The notes below the pieces were generated by a model. The model searched no databases. It was not told the origin of the DNA and saw nothing but the letters and a program-made list of their open reading frames with translations. A DNA stretch of 64,000 nt from Octopus sinensis (taxonomy: Eukaryota). Location: NCBI RefSeq assembly GCF_006345805.1, contig NC_043012.1, positions 50,034,001-50,098,000 on the forward strand, read 5' to 3'. Both the position numbers and the translations under genes were made by a program. This document shows, one piece after another, positions 38,516 to 52,697 of the stretch (its first letter is position 1; every line of letters begins with the position of its first letter).

Positions 38516-39460
38516 TATATATAAATGTATATTGTATATATATAAATGTATATCCCATATATATGTATGTATATATAATGCACATATATATATATATATA
38601 CATACATATATATATATATATATGTACATACATACATATATATATATATATATACATATATATATAATATACATATATATAATATATATATATGTGTGTG
38701 CGTGTGTGCGTGTCTGTGTATATATATGTATACGCACACACACACACACACACACACACCACACACACATATACGCACGCACACACATACAAATATATAG
38801 ATACACTAATTTACATTTACTGTTTGGTGACGTTGGTATTTTTTCTAACTGAATGAAAATTAATTAAAACGAATTATTCACATCAATAACGGTTGCCATG
38901 ATGTATTATTTTTTTTTAGCGAGAATTATTTCTACGTTTTCATTTTTGAGGTTGTTACCATCATATATTGTTATTATTACATATTTAAATAATATTTATT
39001 TTGTATTATTCATCCTTTTTATTTTTCTTCTTTCGCGTGCCTGTGTGCTGTGTGTTGAATGGGCAGGTACGTGCTTGGGTTAGAAGTTGCGGACAGTTTA
39101 AAAAGGTCGGAAAAATAATCAATACCAGATCTATAAGCAATTGCAAATTTTCTTTCTTAAGAGAAACTAATGGAATGAAAAGGAACCTTTCTATTGGAAT
39201 TTAAGATCGATAGAGATCGAATCCTACACGAGGAAATAATTTTTTATACTTGAAAATCACATTTACTCCTTTTACTTTTTTTTTCTTTTGTTTCCAGTTA
39301 TTGTGACCTTGGTATTGTTATTTTCTACAACAAATGGTTTTATTTTTCTTTTTAATATGCAAACAATACTAAAATCTCATTAAATGACTTATTATTGATT
39401 TTGCGTCCATTGCTCTTTCTCCTTAAGAATACGTCTTGTTTTCTTTTTTTAAAAGGAAGC

Positions 39461-39504
<44 letters not shown>

Positions 39505-39943
39505 ATATATATATATGTATATATATATATATGTATGTATATGTGTGCGTATATATATATACATATGTATATATATGTGTATGTATATATATATATATAT
39601 ATATATGTATATGTATATGTGTGTGTATATATATATGGTGTGTGTTTGTGCTTGTGTGCGTGTGAGTATATGAGTGTGTGTGTCTATGTGTGCGTGTGTG
39701 TGCGCGCACGTAGGTAAACTACCGATATTTCGTTTACTAAAGGTCTAGCATTTCTTTTGCTCCGCACATAATTATGCGAAGATGAATTTTCCACGACCAT
39801 AACGAACAGCCACCTTTCCATAGAATTATAACAAATATTTATTTACCTACTCGTAACAAACTGGACCCGGAAACCGTGGAACTGCATCTAATTATAACAA
39901 TGGAAACTGTGAATGCCCAAAACGATATCTAACATTATAACAT

Positions 39944-40342
39944 TACTTACTTTTTACTTCACTCTCTTACTTGTTTCAATCATTTGACTGCGGCCATGCT
40001 GGAGCACCGCCTTTAGTCGAGCAAATCGACCCCAGGACTTGTTCTTTGTAAGCCTAATACTTATTCTATCGGTACTTTTGCTGAACCTGTAGGTTACGGG
40101 GATGTAAACATGCCAGCATCGTTTGTCAAGCGATGTTGGTGAGGACAAACACGGTCATACAAACACACACACACACATTTATGTACAGCGGGCTTCTTTC
40201 AGTATCCGTCTACCAAATCCACTCAAATCCGATTGGTCGGCCCGAGGCTATAGTAGAAGACACTTGCCCAAGGTGCCACGCAGTGGGACTGAACATGGAG
40301 CCATGTGGTTGGTAAGCAAGCTACTTACCACACACCCACACC
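39944..40342 (-). mobile_element. SINE-B
   Basis: Full family match. Confidence 0.9.
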
Positions 40343-40479
40343 TATCATTTTCAAGATTAGTTTCACTGCGTGAATAGTGTAATATGCATGTGATTTTTAT
40401 CATTGCATTTCGAAACGTAGCTGATGAGGAACAAATGAAGGATAAGGCAGTTAGACGACATTTTATTTTTAATACTTCT

Positions 40480-40865
40480 TTCAACTTTTTGCGCAAGCCC
40501 TGCAATTTCGGGGAAGCGGCTAAATCTTTTTCATCGTCTTTATTGATGAAAGGCAAAATCGGCCACAGCGGGATTTGAACTGGGAACGGAGACTGATGAA
40601 AAGTCGCTAAGTATTTTGCCAGAAGTGCTAACGATTCTGTCAGATCGCCACCTATTTTTCCATTCGAAATATTGGTTTCAAATTTTTGCACGAGGTCAGT
40701 AGTTTTGGGGAAAGGGGTTAGTTGATTAAATCAACCCTTGTGCTCAGCTGGTACTTAATTTATCGACCCCGAAAAGATGAATGACAAAGTCGACTCCGGT
40801 GGAATTTGAACACAAAACGTAACGATTGATGAAATACCGCAAAGCATTTTGCCCGGCGTGCTAAA
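40480..40865 (-). mobile_element. Two adjacent old SINE-A copies
   Basis: Two diverged cores (gatgaaaggcaaaatcgg...; gatgaatgacaaagtcgac...), each followed by head remnants. Confidence 0.65.
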
Positions 40866-40965
40866 GCTGCATCTTTCTGTTTGAAATATTGGAAGAAATA
40901 AAAAAAATATATAAAAGCCTACTTAGTAAAAATTTGGCACTTGCATTTGCAGGATATTATTAGTA

Positions 40966-41182
40966 TACTAGGGTATGCTGAAAAGTTCATAGTTTGGTGT
41001 AAAAAAAAATACAGGATTAGTTAATTATAATTTTATTCATCATATTCCTCTCTCAGATTAACACGCTTATTGCAGCGGTCTACTAGTTTTTCTGAGCCAT
41101 GTAAAAGAAGTCGGAACGTTTAGACTCCAGCAAAGCCTTTTGCGACTCCTTAAAAGCCAGAAATTTTGAGCACACCCTCATG
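40966..41182 (-). mobile_element. Mariner-derived MITE, second copy
   Basis: TIR-like tagggtatgctgaaaagttc / aaagccagaaattttgagcacaccctca; interior is the reverse complement of the 32920 copy interior. Confidence 0.65.
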
Positions 41183-41320
41183 CATGCATAAATACATACA
41201 GACGGACAGGCATATATACACATTCATAAATATACGTATATACATATATGTGAAAGTGCGTGGCTTAGTACCCATCATGGTAACGATTCTCCAGCTCACT
41301 GCTTTGTTCGCATTTGAAAT

Positions 41321-41534
41321 TTTTTTTTCTACTCTAGGCTCTAGGCCGAAGTGCTTGGAGGGGGGGCCAGTCGATTACATCGACCCCAGTATGCAACTGG
41401 TACTTAATTTATCGACCCCAAAAGGATGAAAGGCAAAGTCGACCTCAGCGGAATTTGTACTCAGAACGTAAAGACAGACGAAATACGGCTAGGCATTTCG
41501 CCCGGCGTGCTAACGTTTCTGCCAGCTCGTCGCC
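41321..41534 (-). mobile_element. SINE-A (alternative tail) with TSD
   Basis: Complete head to tail; TTCGCATTTGAAAT (41307-20) / TTCGCATCTGAAAT (41535-48). Confidence 0.9.
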
Positions 41535-41917
41535 TTCGCATCTGAAATATCTGGAGAAAGAATCGAAAATTACAGCAAAATCCTAGCGAATAAAATTCAG
41601 GTGTGTTGAAGGATTGTTAGCGAAAGTGTGATTTATAACATGGCAGTAATACATGCGACGGATTCTGAAAATCACCATTATTTATTATTACGCCCATTCT
41701 ATTTATCTGACAAACCAGGTACTAAGGTATCTAGGACTTAGATATCCAAGAAATTGTTAGTATATTATACATATACGTATACGTATATATCTATCTATCT
41801 ATCTATCTATCTACTATCTATATATATATATATATATAATATATATATATATAATATATATATTATATATATAATATATATATATTATATAATATATATG
41901 TATGTGTGTGTGTCAAG

Positions 41918-42205
41918 TTGCGTGGTGCAGTGGTTGAGGTATTCGTTTCACGTCGTAGAGTAGTGAGTTCGATTCACGGCAGCAGTTTGTGTCCTTGAGT
42001 GAGACATTTTATTTCATATTGCTTAAGTCAACTCTACTGGCAAAAATGAGTAGTACCCATCTATCAAAGGATCATCTTTGTCACATTCTGATTGACGCTG
42101 ATCTCCCTGACAACTGCATTAAGGGTACTGGTGTCTGTGGAGTGCTCAGCCTCTTACCCCTTAATTGCATTAGCAGGCTGATCCGTTGATCATATCAACT
42201 GGAAC
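41918..42205 (+). mobile_element. tRNA/CORE-like SINE with the 22320-type tail
   Basis: TGGTGCAGTGG A-box, GAGTTCGATTC B-box, gtgtccttgagtgagac CORE-like motif, then tcaaaggatcatctttgtcac...gtggagtgctcagc tail. Confidence 0.65.
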
Positions 42206-42779
42206 CTATACATGCATGTGTATGTGTTTGAGTTTCTCAATAATAGATATTTAGAAGTAAATTTGCATGTGAAACAGTTTAACATTTAAGAAAGGAATAA
42301 TGCACCATTTCCAATACAGATCAGTATTTGATTATATAAGAAAAACGTTGAGAATGTTTTCGAAGTTTCGATTTGCTTGGTGGTGTCTAACTGTTGGTTG
42401 TTTAAATTATCGTAACTTAGGCTATTTGACAGGGGCGTTATTTATCTATTGGATGAGCGAAATCTATGAAAACCGGATATAGCGTAAATGTGTTTGTAGG
42501 AAAACAGTAGAAGTGATTCAGTTGGAAGGCAAAAGGAAAAGAGCGAGTGCAATTGTTATACAAAGAATTATTTCTCGTCCTATTTTATTCGACTCCGTGC
42601 TGAATTTGCATTGAGGAAGCTAGATAACTGTTTTCCTAGGCGCAGAACGGTAAGGTTTAAAGAACAAAGTGCAATACGCACTTCTCTAAGACTATAACTT
42701 CAATAGAAATTATTGACTTCATTATACATAACTGAAAAGCAGAAACAGTCAGTCTCCATTAGGTTAAAGTACCAGAAGT

Positions 42780-43410
42780 ATTGTTTATTCGCGACTGTCC
42801 GCTTATCGCCTTATAATATGCCTTTTGCTTAGTGCCATGTGAGCTTTGTGTTAAGTTCATAAGAAACTGCTTGGTGTTGAGAGCTTTGTCAGTTGTTTCA
42901 CTGCAACTGTCCTATATGAGGGTGATTATATCTTCCATGTATGTGGATTTGGTTCTGGTGGGCAGGGCTGACTCTCTGTGTACGAGCAACTTCCTATTGG
43001 CAGCGTTTCTTAAAATTTAGAATAGATAGGAAACTCCTTCGTGGTCTTTACCTCGAAATCCAGCAGAGAAGGGATTCCAGACTCGTCCTGCTTTTCTATT
43101 TTAAATTCGATGTGGATTTCGACGTTGCTGAAACCTTGTTTTATGGGGATCGCCTTCTCCGGGGAGGAGATGAAAATCAGGATAACGTCGACGTATTTGA
43201 AGAAAAAGACGCTTGAGTGGCAGGTGTTAAACACGTAGCGTTCTAATTAGCCCAGGTTAAAGAAGGGAGATCCCATCGGCTGACCTGAGATCTGCTCATC
43301 TCGTATATGTCACCGTTGTACAAGAAGTAGGTGATACATGCTACGATGTTTTGTGGTACTCGGATGTCCGAGCTTGTACAACCGAGAAAGTGGATGGTGA
43401 AAGACGAAGA
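42780..43410 (-). mobile_element. Degraded Penelope/Poseidon-type PLE RT remnant
   Basis: Minus-strand frames give TYFLYNGDIYE, GQPMGSP, FFKYVDVIL (degenerate YVDD), IEFKIE....IPSLLD (F.E...LPFLD), HRESALP..KS; stops and frameshifts. Confidence 0.75.
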
Positions 43411-43761
43411 GGAAGCAGAGTAAATGAAGGGGGGGGGGAGTAAAGAAGAAGAAGAAGAAGAAGAAGAAGAAGAAGAAGAAAATTCACACAACTACAAAGA
43501 GACTCGAATTCTTTTTAAGTTTCGAAGAAATCATCCCTTTGAAACCGCGTTCACCATCGTCGAGAAAGAAAAATGGTCTAACCAATGAAATAAGCAAACA
43601 TTTAGTAATAAATCTGAAATTGAATTCTAACTGTTGCGAAAAAACAAGAAATTCGGGGTTAATTTAAATGATAGTGTAAGATAATTACAAAACATGAGTC
43701 ACGTATGATATAACGCATGAAGTTGACAGTAGATTATGCGTGTTACATATGTAAGAACCAA

Positions 43762-43794
<33 letters not shown>

Positions 43795-44367
43795 ATACAC
43801 ATTTACATATATACACATATACATACACATTTTCATATACGCACACATACATACATACTTGTGTCTGTGCGCGTGTGTATGTGTACGTGTGTGTCCGTAT
43901 GTATTTGTAATGCAGGCTTTGTCCCCGTGAAGCACATCTGCATGTTAAAGTAATCAAATGTTGTATATAGATGCATTATACTCAGTTCTCAGTTCTATTT
44001 ACAGAGTAAGTGAAAAAATTGGCAGATTTTCCGTTTACATATACAATGCTGCAGAAAATCTTAAGACCAGTAAAAAAAAACTGCCGAAGTGAACTCCCTG
44101 CAGACCGAGATATTCGACTAGTTTTCGTTATATATTCATAATTGGCAAATAGAAAAGGATATACGGAAACCTAAAAATATGTTTAACATTTAATGCGAAA
44201 AATACGCATTGTATCAAAACGAACAATAGTTTGCTTGGTCAAATATTTAAGATCATGACAAATGAAAAGTTTAAATCTGGTATAAACTATAGAAATTTTG
44301 GCATTTATGTTCATGCTTTCTCAATACCAACAACTGCCGGTCAATCCATATCAATTCCACAACAACA

Positions 44368-44550
44368 ATGGGCAAAGCTAAAATATTGACGGGTTTTGAA
44401 CGTCGTAGAATTGAAGAGCTCTAGAATCAAGGTATTTCTCAACGTGCCATTTCCAGTAAAACCGCGATTGTGAACTTCTTAAAAGACTCTGAAATATATG
44501 GATCGAAAAAAAAGGACCGACTAGGCAACGAATATTTCCCGCAGTCGTTC
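44368..44550 (+). mobile_element. Tc1/Tc3-like transposase N-terminal remnant
   Basis: MGKAKILTGFERRRIEEL*NQGISQRAIS..KTAIVNFLKDSEIYG, paired-like HTH start; no TIR identified. Confidence 0.55.
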
Positions 44551-44879
44551 AAAAACGAAGGTGGGTCTTTTTATGTATACGTATACGAGTTGTTGTGTAG
44601 GTAGAGACACAGGCAAAAAGATGTACACATCGAAATACCTATACGCATGTACATATACGCATGTACGTGGGTATATGTACATATGTGTTGTGACCCGCTT
44701 CGGTCAAGAATGACTATGGAATTGCATCTAGAAGGTTAATCCCCGAGGCACAAGTCTGGGCAAGGTTGTCTATTGAAAACCAGCAGTCGCCCATGCATAC
44801 CAGCCTCCACTCTCTACGCCACCGATGGTATCCAAGGGAAAGGCAAAGCTTTGCACCAGTGACGTCGCAGCTCATTCAT

Positions 44880-45170
44880 TAACGTGCAAGTGGCTGAGCA
44901 CTCCATAGACACGTGTACCATTAACGTAGTTCTCGGGGAGAGTGTGACAAGGCTGGCCCTTTGAAATACAGGTACAACAGAAACAGGAAGAAACAGCGAG
45001 AGAAAGTTGTGGTGAAAGAGTACAGCAAGGTTCACCACCACCCCCTGCCGCAATGTCGTGGAGCTTTAGGTGTTTTCGGTCAATAAACACTCACAATGAC
45101 AGGTCTGGGAATAGAAACCGCGATCTAACGACCACGATCCGCTGCCCTAACCACTGTGCCATTTCGTCCA
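44880..45170 (-). mobile_element. SINE-C with ttcaaagggccagccttgtcac tail
   Basis: Family head at 45130-45170; tail module shared with 22320 and 42060. Confidence 0.85.
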
Positions 45171-46333
45171 CACTATATTCACAGATAATTATAGATAAAT
45201 AATATTGGCCTCGAGGTTTCGTACAGGACAAGCTGTTTTGGAGGAGAGGGGAAGTTTATTACACCTACCCCAAATTGGTCAACTGATACACATTTTATTG
45301 ATCCTGAAAGGATGAAAGACAAAATTGAACTCAGAGCGTTGGGATGAGAGAAATATCGCTAAACATTAAAAGTTCGTTTACTATGGAAGCGGATTCTTTC
45401 ACCGGTTAGTTGGTAATTACAATGGCGCTTTACAATACATTTGCGTCAAAGATATGTAATCTGTATATGACAGAACGAATATATTTAAAAAGAAGGACGA
45501 AATATAAGAGAAATTTGTATGTGTGTGTTTGAGTGTATGCGCGCGTGTGTGTGTAAGCATATATTTTGCTAAAAATATACATATGGCCTCATATATCATA
45601 TATATGTACATACGTAGTCTTATACATCTTTGAATTTTGTTTGAATATAAAGGGAATCTTTCGTTATATTCATGTTTCCTTACACACAATATTGCAGTTA
45701 TATTTTTCATGTGTTTTCACGTTTCGCATTTTATGATTTGCTGTTTAGATCTGTACTTTTATATTTCATTTCCAGATTCATATACGCTGTTTCCACATCA
45801 TCGAGACCTCATTTTTTTCGATTTGAATACATTTGTAGGAAATTTCATTATGAAATCCCAACTCAAATCGAAATACAATTCATTGTTAAACACAGGCACA
45901 AATTTCGCACAAATTTCGCACAACGCTAGAGAAAAATCAGCATGCAACTGATCCCGTGAGGGAAAAACAGTTTGCAGGGAAGTCTCGACGAATGCTACCA
46001 GTGTATAAGAAACAACAAAGACACTAAATGTAATCAGTTCTTTAAAACGTACTGTTACAGTCGGGATACGTCAATTAGCAATTTAGGAAATTTTTTGGTC
46101 AAAACTCACTGTAAAAATGTAATAAGAAAATACGAAAAGCCTACAATGAAAAATGATAAAACTTGAACACAGTCGTGCACATAATGATACATAGCCAGAC
46201 GTTTACATATATAAATATATTCATAAATATTTATATGCAGTTGTATGTATACATATATTTATACAAGTAAAACACAATAAGCACAAACACCATATATATA
46301 ATGTTTTTTGTTTGGTGTACATGTGTGTCTCAC

Positions 46334-46375
<42 letters not shown>

Positions 46376-46624
46376 ATATATATAATATATATATATAATA
46401 CAACAACACACACACACACACACACATATATAATATGTTTTTTGGTTGGTGTACATATGTGGGTCTCAATGCAATATATATCTATATATATATATAGATG
46501 TATAATATATATATTTATGTATATATGTGTGTGTGTGTGTGTTTGTTTTGCTGTACATATGTGTGTCTCACTGTGTTAAATATATATATATATATATTAT
46601 ATTGATATATATATATATATTATA

Positions 46625-46679
<55 letters not shown>

Positions 46680-47308
46680 ATATATATATATATATATATT
46701 TAACACAATACGCAGGCTTTTGCATATATAGTTACATACGTAGAGCACATTGTATATATGTGCTGGCATTTCTAATTATATATGTATACACTAATTCGTC
46801 GTCTACAGACACATCCGTGCCATTGTCTCTGCTATCAAGATTCCCTTTACAGTTCCATCACAAAGTTTCTGCGGCACTATTGTTCTCCTGTCTGATTAGC
46901 ATATGATTTCATCAATACTGAATACATATCTTCCATGTTCTGTAGGCAATAGAAAATACAGAGAAACAACAAAACACAATTTACACAAAAGAACGGAAGC
47001 GCTTACCAGATTCAGACATATATACAAATCTGCACATACGCGTACATACATTCATATATATATATAAGGAGGTACACATACACACAGACGCACACACACG
47101 TATCTCATCGATTTTGTATATATTCAGTCACTGACGTGTGTGTTTCACAGTACATATGTTTCCATTTGCATATCAACATATCTATACAACTTTTGTAACT
47201 TTCGTTCTTTATAGGCACACACATTCCTTACTGGCCCACAAGCACGCACATATACCAACATGTCTGCATTGAAATATTTTTCAATTTATCTCTTTTCGTT
47301 ATTTAATG

Positions 47309-47360
<52 letters not shown>

Positions 47361-47608
47361 CTATATATATAATATATATAGTATATAATATCTGTGGTGT
47401 GTGTGTATGTATATATATATATATATATAAGATATATATAGATAGATAGATAGATAGATACACATATATACATACATATATATATATACATACAATTATA
47501 TAAATATATAAATTAAAAGAAACCATGTGTATATATTTTTATATCTATCTGTCTGTCTATATATCTATCTTTCTATCTTTCTCTCCCTATTATATCATAT
47601 ATATATAT

Positions 47609-47647
<39 letters not shown>

Positions 47648-47985
47648 TAGATATAGATAGATAGATAGATAGATAGATACATAGATAGATAGATAGAGAG
47701 ATAGAGAGATAGGCAGACAGATAGATATACACATATGTGCACATGTTTTCTTTTAGTTTCCGTCTACTGAATATGCTATAGTCAGCCAAGGGAAATATAT
47801 TTCCTCAAGATGCAAAATAATGTAATTGAACTCCAACCCATCTGGTTGCGAAGCAATCTTTTAACCACACAGCCATTCCAGTGCTATGAATATGTATATA
47901 GCTGGGTATGAGTGTGCGTGTGTGTCTGTGTATATATATATATATGTAAATATGTACACACAAGCTCGAGTAGGAATGAATACAA

Positions 47986-48038
<53 letters not shown>

Positions 48039-48120
48039 TTCTTATATATCTACATATATATATACACACAGACACACACTCTATATATATTATATATATA
48101 TCTATATATTATATTATATA

Positions 48121-48164
<44 letters not shown>

Positions 48165-48194
48165 ATGTATATATATATATATATATATGCTTTC

Positions 48195-48390
48195 TTACTC
48201 TGGGCACAAAAGCTCGAAAGTTTTGGAGTAGAGGCTAGTCGATTAAATCGACCTCTGTTATCAACCCCGAAATGATGAAAGACAATTTCAATCTCGGCGG
48301 AATTTGAACTCAGAACGTAAAAAAATATAAAATACCACTAAGTATTTCAACCGGCGTGCTATCGTTTCAGCCAGCTTGCCACCTTTATAT
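48195..48390 (-). mobile_element. Old SINE-A (alternative tail)
   Basis: gtcgattaaatcgacc, ctcggcggaatttgaactcagaacgt, gccagcttgccacctt. Confidence 0.75.
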
Positions 48391-48460
48391 ATAAATATTG
48401 GAAGTGGAAACGGCCGTAAGAAATGTTATGTCATGTTTTTTTATTAAAAAATAATCTGCA

Positions 48461-48617
48461 TAGGCTCATGAGTGGCTGTGTCGTAAGTAGCTTGCTAACC
48501 AACCACATGGTTCCGGGTTCAGTCCCACTGCGTGGCATCTTCGGCAAGTGCCTTCTGCTAGAGCCGACCAATGCCTTGTGAGTGGATTTGGTAGAGCGCA
48601 AACTAAAAGAGCCTGTC

Positions 48618-48675
<58 letters not shown>

Positions 48676-48912
48676 GATATGTGTGTGTGTGTGTGTGTGT
48701 TTTGTGTGTCTGTGTTTGTTTCCCTAGCATTGCTTGACAACCGATGCTGGTGTGTTTACGCCCCCGTCACTTAGCAGTTCGGCAAAAGAGACCGATAGAA
48801 TAAGTACTGGACTTACAAAGAATAAGTCCCGGGGTCGATTTGCTCGACTAAAGGCGGTGCTCCAGCATGGCCGCAGTCAAATGACTGAAACAAGTAAAAG
48901 AGTAAAAGAGTA
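48461..48912 (+). mobile_element. SINE-B
   Basis: Full-length family match with internal TA/TG tract. Confidence 0.92.
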
Positions 48913-50809
48913 GATGCTATCCAATTTATTTCGTTTATTTCTTGATCAAAAGTTTTCTTAATATCCTGATTATATATACGTATATATACATACACATACA
49001 CACACACACATACACACATATATATATATATATACTCTTATGCACACACACATATATATATATATAGTTATATATATATACACATGTAAATATACATATG
49101 TGAATGTGTGCTTCTGTTTATCTTGTCTATGTTCATATGTGCATGTACGTAAAATATATATGGTGAACATGCGTATACATGGATATTTATTTGGATACGT
49201 GTGTGTGTAAGTGAAACAAAGAACGAATATTGCGCTTCTTTACATTCCTTCAGCGAGAAATTTCCTTCTACGTTCTTGGAGCGTATTCTTCTGAAAACGA
49301 TAACAATATTTGTCCATCCATATCTGACGGCCTTGATGTTTTGTCAAGTCAGCATAGATTTAAGGGAATATTTATGTCTGTTCATGTCTAAATGGGCACG
49401 AAAACCAATTACCGAAAGTAAGATACTCGATGCTAAATCATATTCTCTTGCGAATGACATCTATATGCACACAATACTTGTATATACGGATATGTACATG
49501 CGTACATTTCTTTGCATGTGTATTTTTAATGAAATTGGCATCAGATAGAGTAACCAGTCAAGCTTCGGATAAAATTCCTTGTAGAATATAGTTACGTTAT
49601 ATTTTTCCGCTATGCATTATATAATTTACCTAAGTCGTTAAAAATTACACATTATCCACACACGATCATTCACTAAGAGAGAGAGTGAGAAACAACTTGT
49701 AGACAATACGGAAGGTTTCGTGAGAGTAGTTGTGGGTGACGACGTGAATTAAGTAGGTGGAAAAATACATTAGATGTATTGGTGTTGATGATTGTTAAGA
49801 TATTGATAGTAGGTGCCTTTCTATCTCTTTTAATGCACGGCTATATGTACGTGTGATTGTGTACTTTTGGTACGCGTAGACACGGAACTTGGGAAGGCGG
49901 CGCTGTGAGTAAAGTTACGATTTTTATTGTATTTATCCGTTATGTTTTCATCAACGAAATGACATTTTTCAAGACAAGATGAAAACAAAAACAACATAAT
50001 AAAATAAATGCACAAATAAAACAAAAGATATAACAAATATAAACACATCAAAAAGATAAAGAAACACAAAACAACAAAGACCGGCAAGTGAGCTGTCTAT
50101 TTCGGCTAACATTATCTCAGCGTCAATATCTCGCGCTAAATATGTGATGATGTCTGATAAGAATTACAAGAACGCCAATGAAGGCGATGGTGATATTGTT
50201 TAATAACCCCACATCTTAACGCGGCCCACACCATGCCATAACATCATACTACCTTACGCCACACACCGCACTATACTTTACCATATCACATAATATTGCC
50301 ATTACCATTAGCATTATCATTACCATAACCGAACCGTACACTCTGAATAACCATAACCATAACTATAATCATAACTATAACCATAACTATAACCATTGCT
50401 GTCTATCTTATTATTGATCTTTGGCAATTCAATCACGCAAACAAATCATCAAAGCAGAAAATATAATCACAAGTATAACAACGACGACAACTACAAGGAC
50501 AACAACAACAGCAACAAGTCAAGCAACAACAACAATGGCGATAAGCAGGAAGATCAAGACAACCACAGCCAGCATCCTAAATAACAGTACTGTTGATAAT
50601 ATTAATAATGATGTTGATGTTAAGATGAAGGGGGAAAAAAAGAAAACGATGATAATAATATAATACTAATAATAACATTGGTATTAATAATAATGTGTAG
50701 GCTAATGAATAATACAATAGTAATACTAACTACAAGAACGAATATTACGAACAACAACAACAACAACAAAACAACAACGGAAACATCAACTGCTGTGATG
50801 AAGATGATT

Positions 50810-50816
50810 TAATAAT

Positions 50817-50900
<84 letters not shown>
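50810..50900. repeat. (AAT)n microsatellite
   Basis: Direct reading; explains poly-Tyr ORF 50809..51030. Confidence 0.95.
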
Positions 50901-50902
<2 letters not shown>

Positions 50903-51389
50903 CGATAATGGTACTGAGGATGATTGCTATGATGTTGAGAAGCAGAAAAAGGAAGCCGAGGAAGAGGTGGAGGAGGAGGAGGAGGAAAAGAAGAGGTGGA
51001 GAGGTGGAGTCGAAGGATAAAAACGCTCACAAAATGTAAGTTGATAACAAACGGAAATACTTATCAGCTCACAGATAAACAGAGAAACATCGAAATAAAG
51101 AGTCTTAGATAAATACACATATACACGCACATGAATAAACACATAAAGAGAAATATTCCGACATACATATGCATACGCGCATAGGCGTAAGTATGGTGAT
51201 GATGCGCACACATAGAACCATTCAAAGACTCATCATCTGAATCGATGCACAAGATTACACAATCATCAAGAACGTATAGTCGTAAAAATGATTATTAATT
51301 CAGAAACTATGCATTGTATGTATGTGTGAGTGTATGTATCTGTGTGTCTTTGTGCGTCTGATGTGATGTGAATTTATATATATATATAC

Positions 51390-51454
<65 letters not shown>

Positions 51455-51728
51455 TGTATATATTTATATACACATATATATACATATATATACACATATA
51501 TATATATATATACATATATATTTATACATATATATATACATACATATATACATATATATATATATGTATATATGCACACATATATATATACATATGTACA
51601 CACATACTTATATACTCGTATATATATATATGAGCATATATGTATCCTTATATATATATATATATATATATGTAATAATATAAATAACCATACACACACA
51701 CATATGTTTATGCGTGTGTGTTTGTGTG

Positions 51729-51766
<38 letters not shown>

Positions 51767-52163
51767 TATACAAACGTACTTAGAGACACACACACATACT
51801 TGGCCGAAAGCTCACAAACGCATCTAAAGTTCAATCATTTACCTATGTGATATAACATAACAACGACTACCAAAGCTGCTAAACAAAACCAAAGATAAAA
51901 ATCCTAAATACACTGGTACAAAGAAAATATTTTTGCACTGATTAAATATCACCGAACCAAATAACTATACTGCTGCTACTACTACTACCACTAATACTAC
52001 TGCAACTACTGCTGCTTCCTCTCTTCTTCTTCAACTTCTACTTTTGCGGCTGCTATCTGCACCACCACCACCACCACCACAACCACCACAACAACAACAA
52101 CAACCACCACCACCACCACCGCCGCCGCCAGCACCACCCCACACCCCACCACCCACCACCACC

Positions 52164-52195
<32 letters not shown>

Positions 52196-52402
52196 AGAAT
52201 CCTTTAAATTCCTAGGTACCTGTCATTGTTTTTCTGACTGAAGTTGTACTATATCAACCCGTTTCATTTAATGATGACTACGAATTTAGCAGGATTTCCA
52301 TGCAGGATATCGATAGCGGAATCCAGTTTATTGTGAAGCCTTTGGCCCAATTCAATCTTTCCATATACTCGTTTGTAACCGCATTCAAAACAACTATATA
52401 TG

Positions 52403-52482
<80 letters not shown>

Positions 52483-52655
52483 ATAATTCACGAAAAAAAA
52501 ACACAAGACGAAACAGGTCGTACAGAAAACAAACAGATGTATTAGTTTAACGCTCGGGAATTGAAAAAGTATTTTACGTTCGAGCCTACTCTCTTCCACA
52601 GAAAGGAAAACAGAAAGAAACAAGGAGAGAAAAAACTTGTGTTAGTGGCTACCGA

Positions 52656-52697
<42 letters not shown>

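Noticed and set aside
38184-38852. Cluster of overlapping 70-170 aa ORFs (also 533-1018, 12306-12864, 51300-51850 and similar)
   Set aside because: YI/CV/HT dipeptide repeats from TA/TG/CA tracts.
50340-50400. (CCATAA/CTATAA)n as interstitial telomere
   Set aside because: Not TTAGGG; a short mixed hexamer derived from adjacent ACC/ATT repeats.
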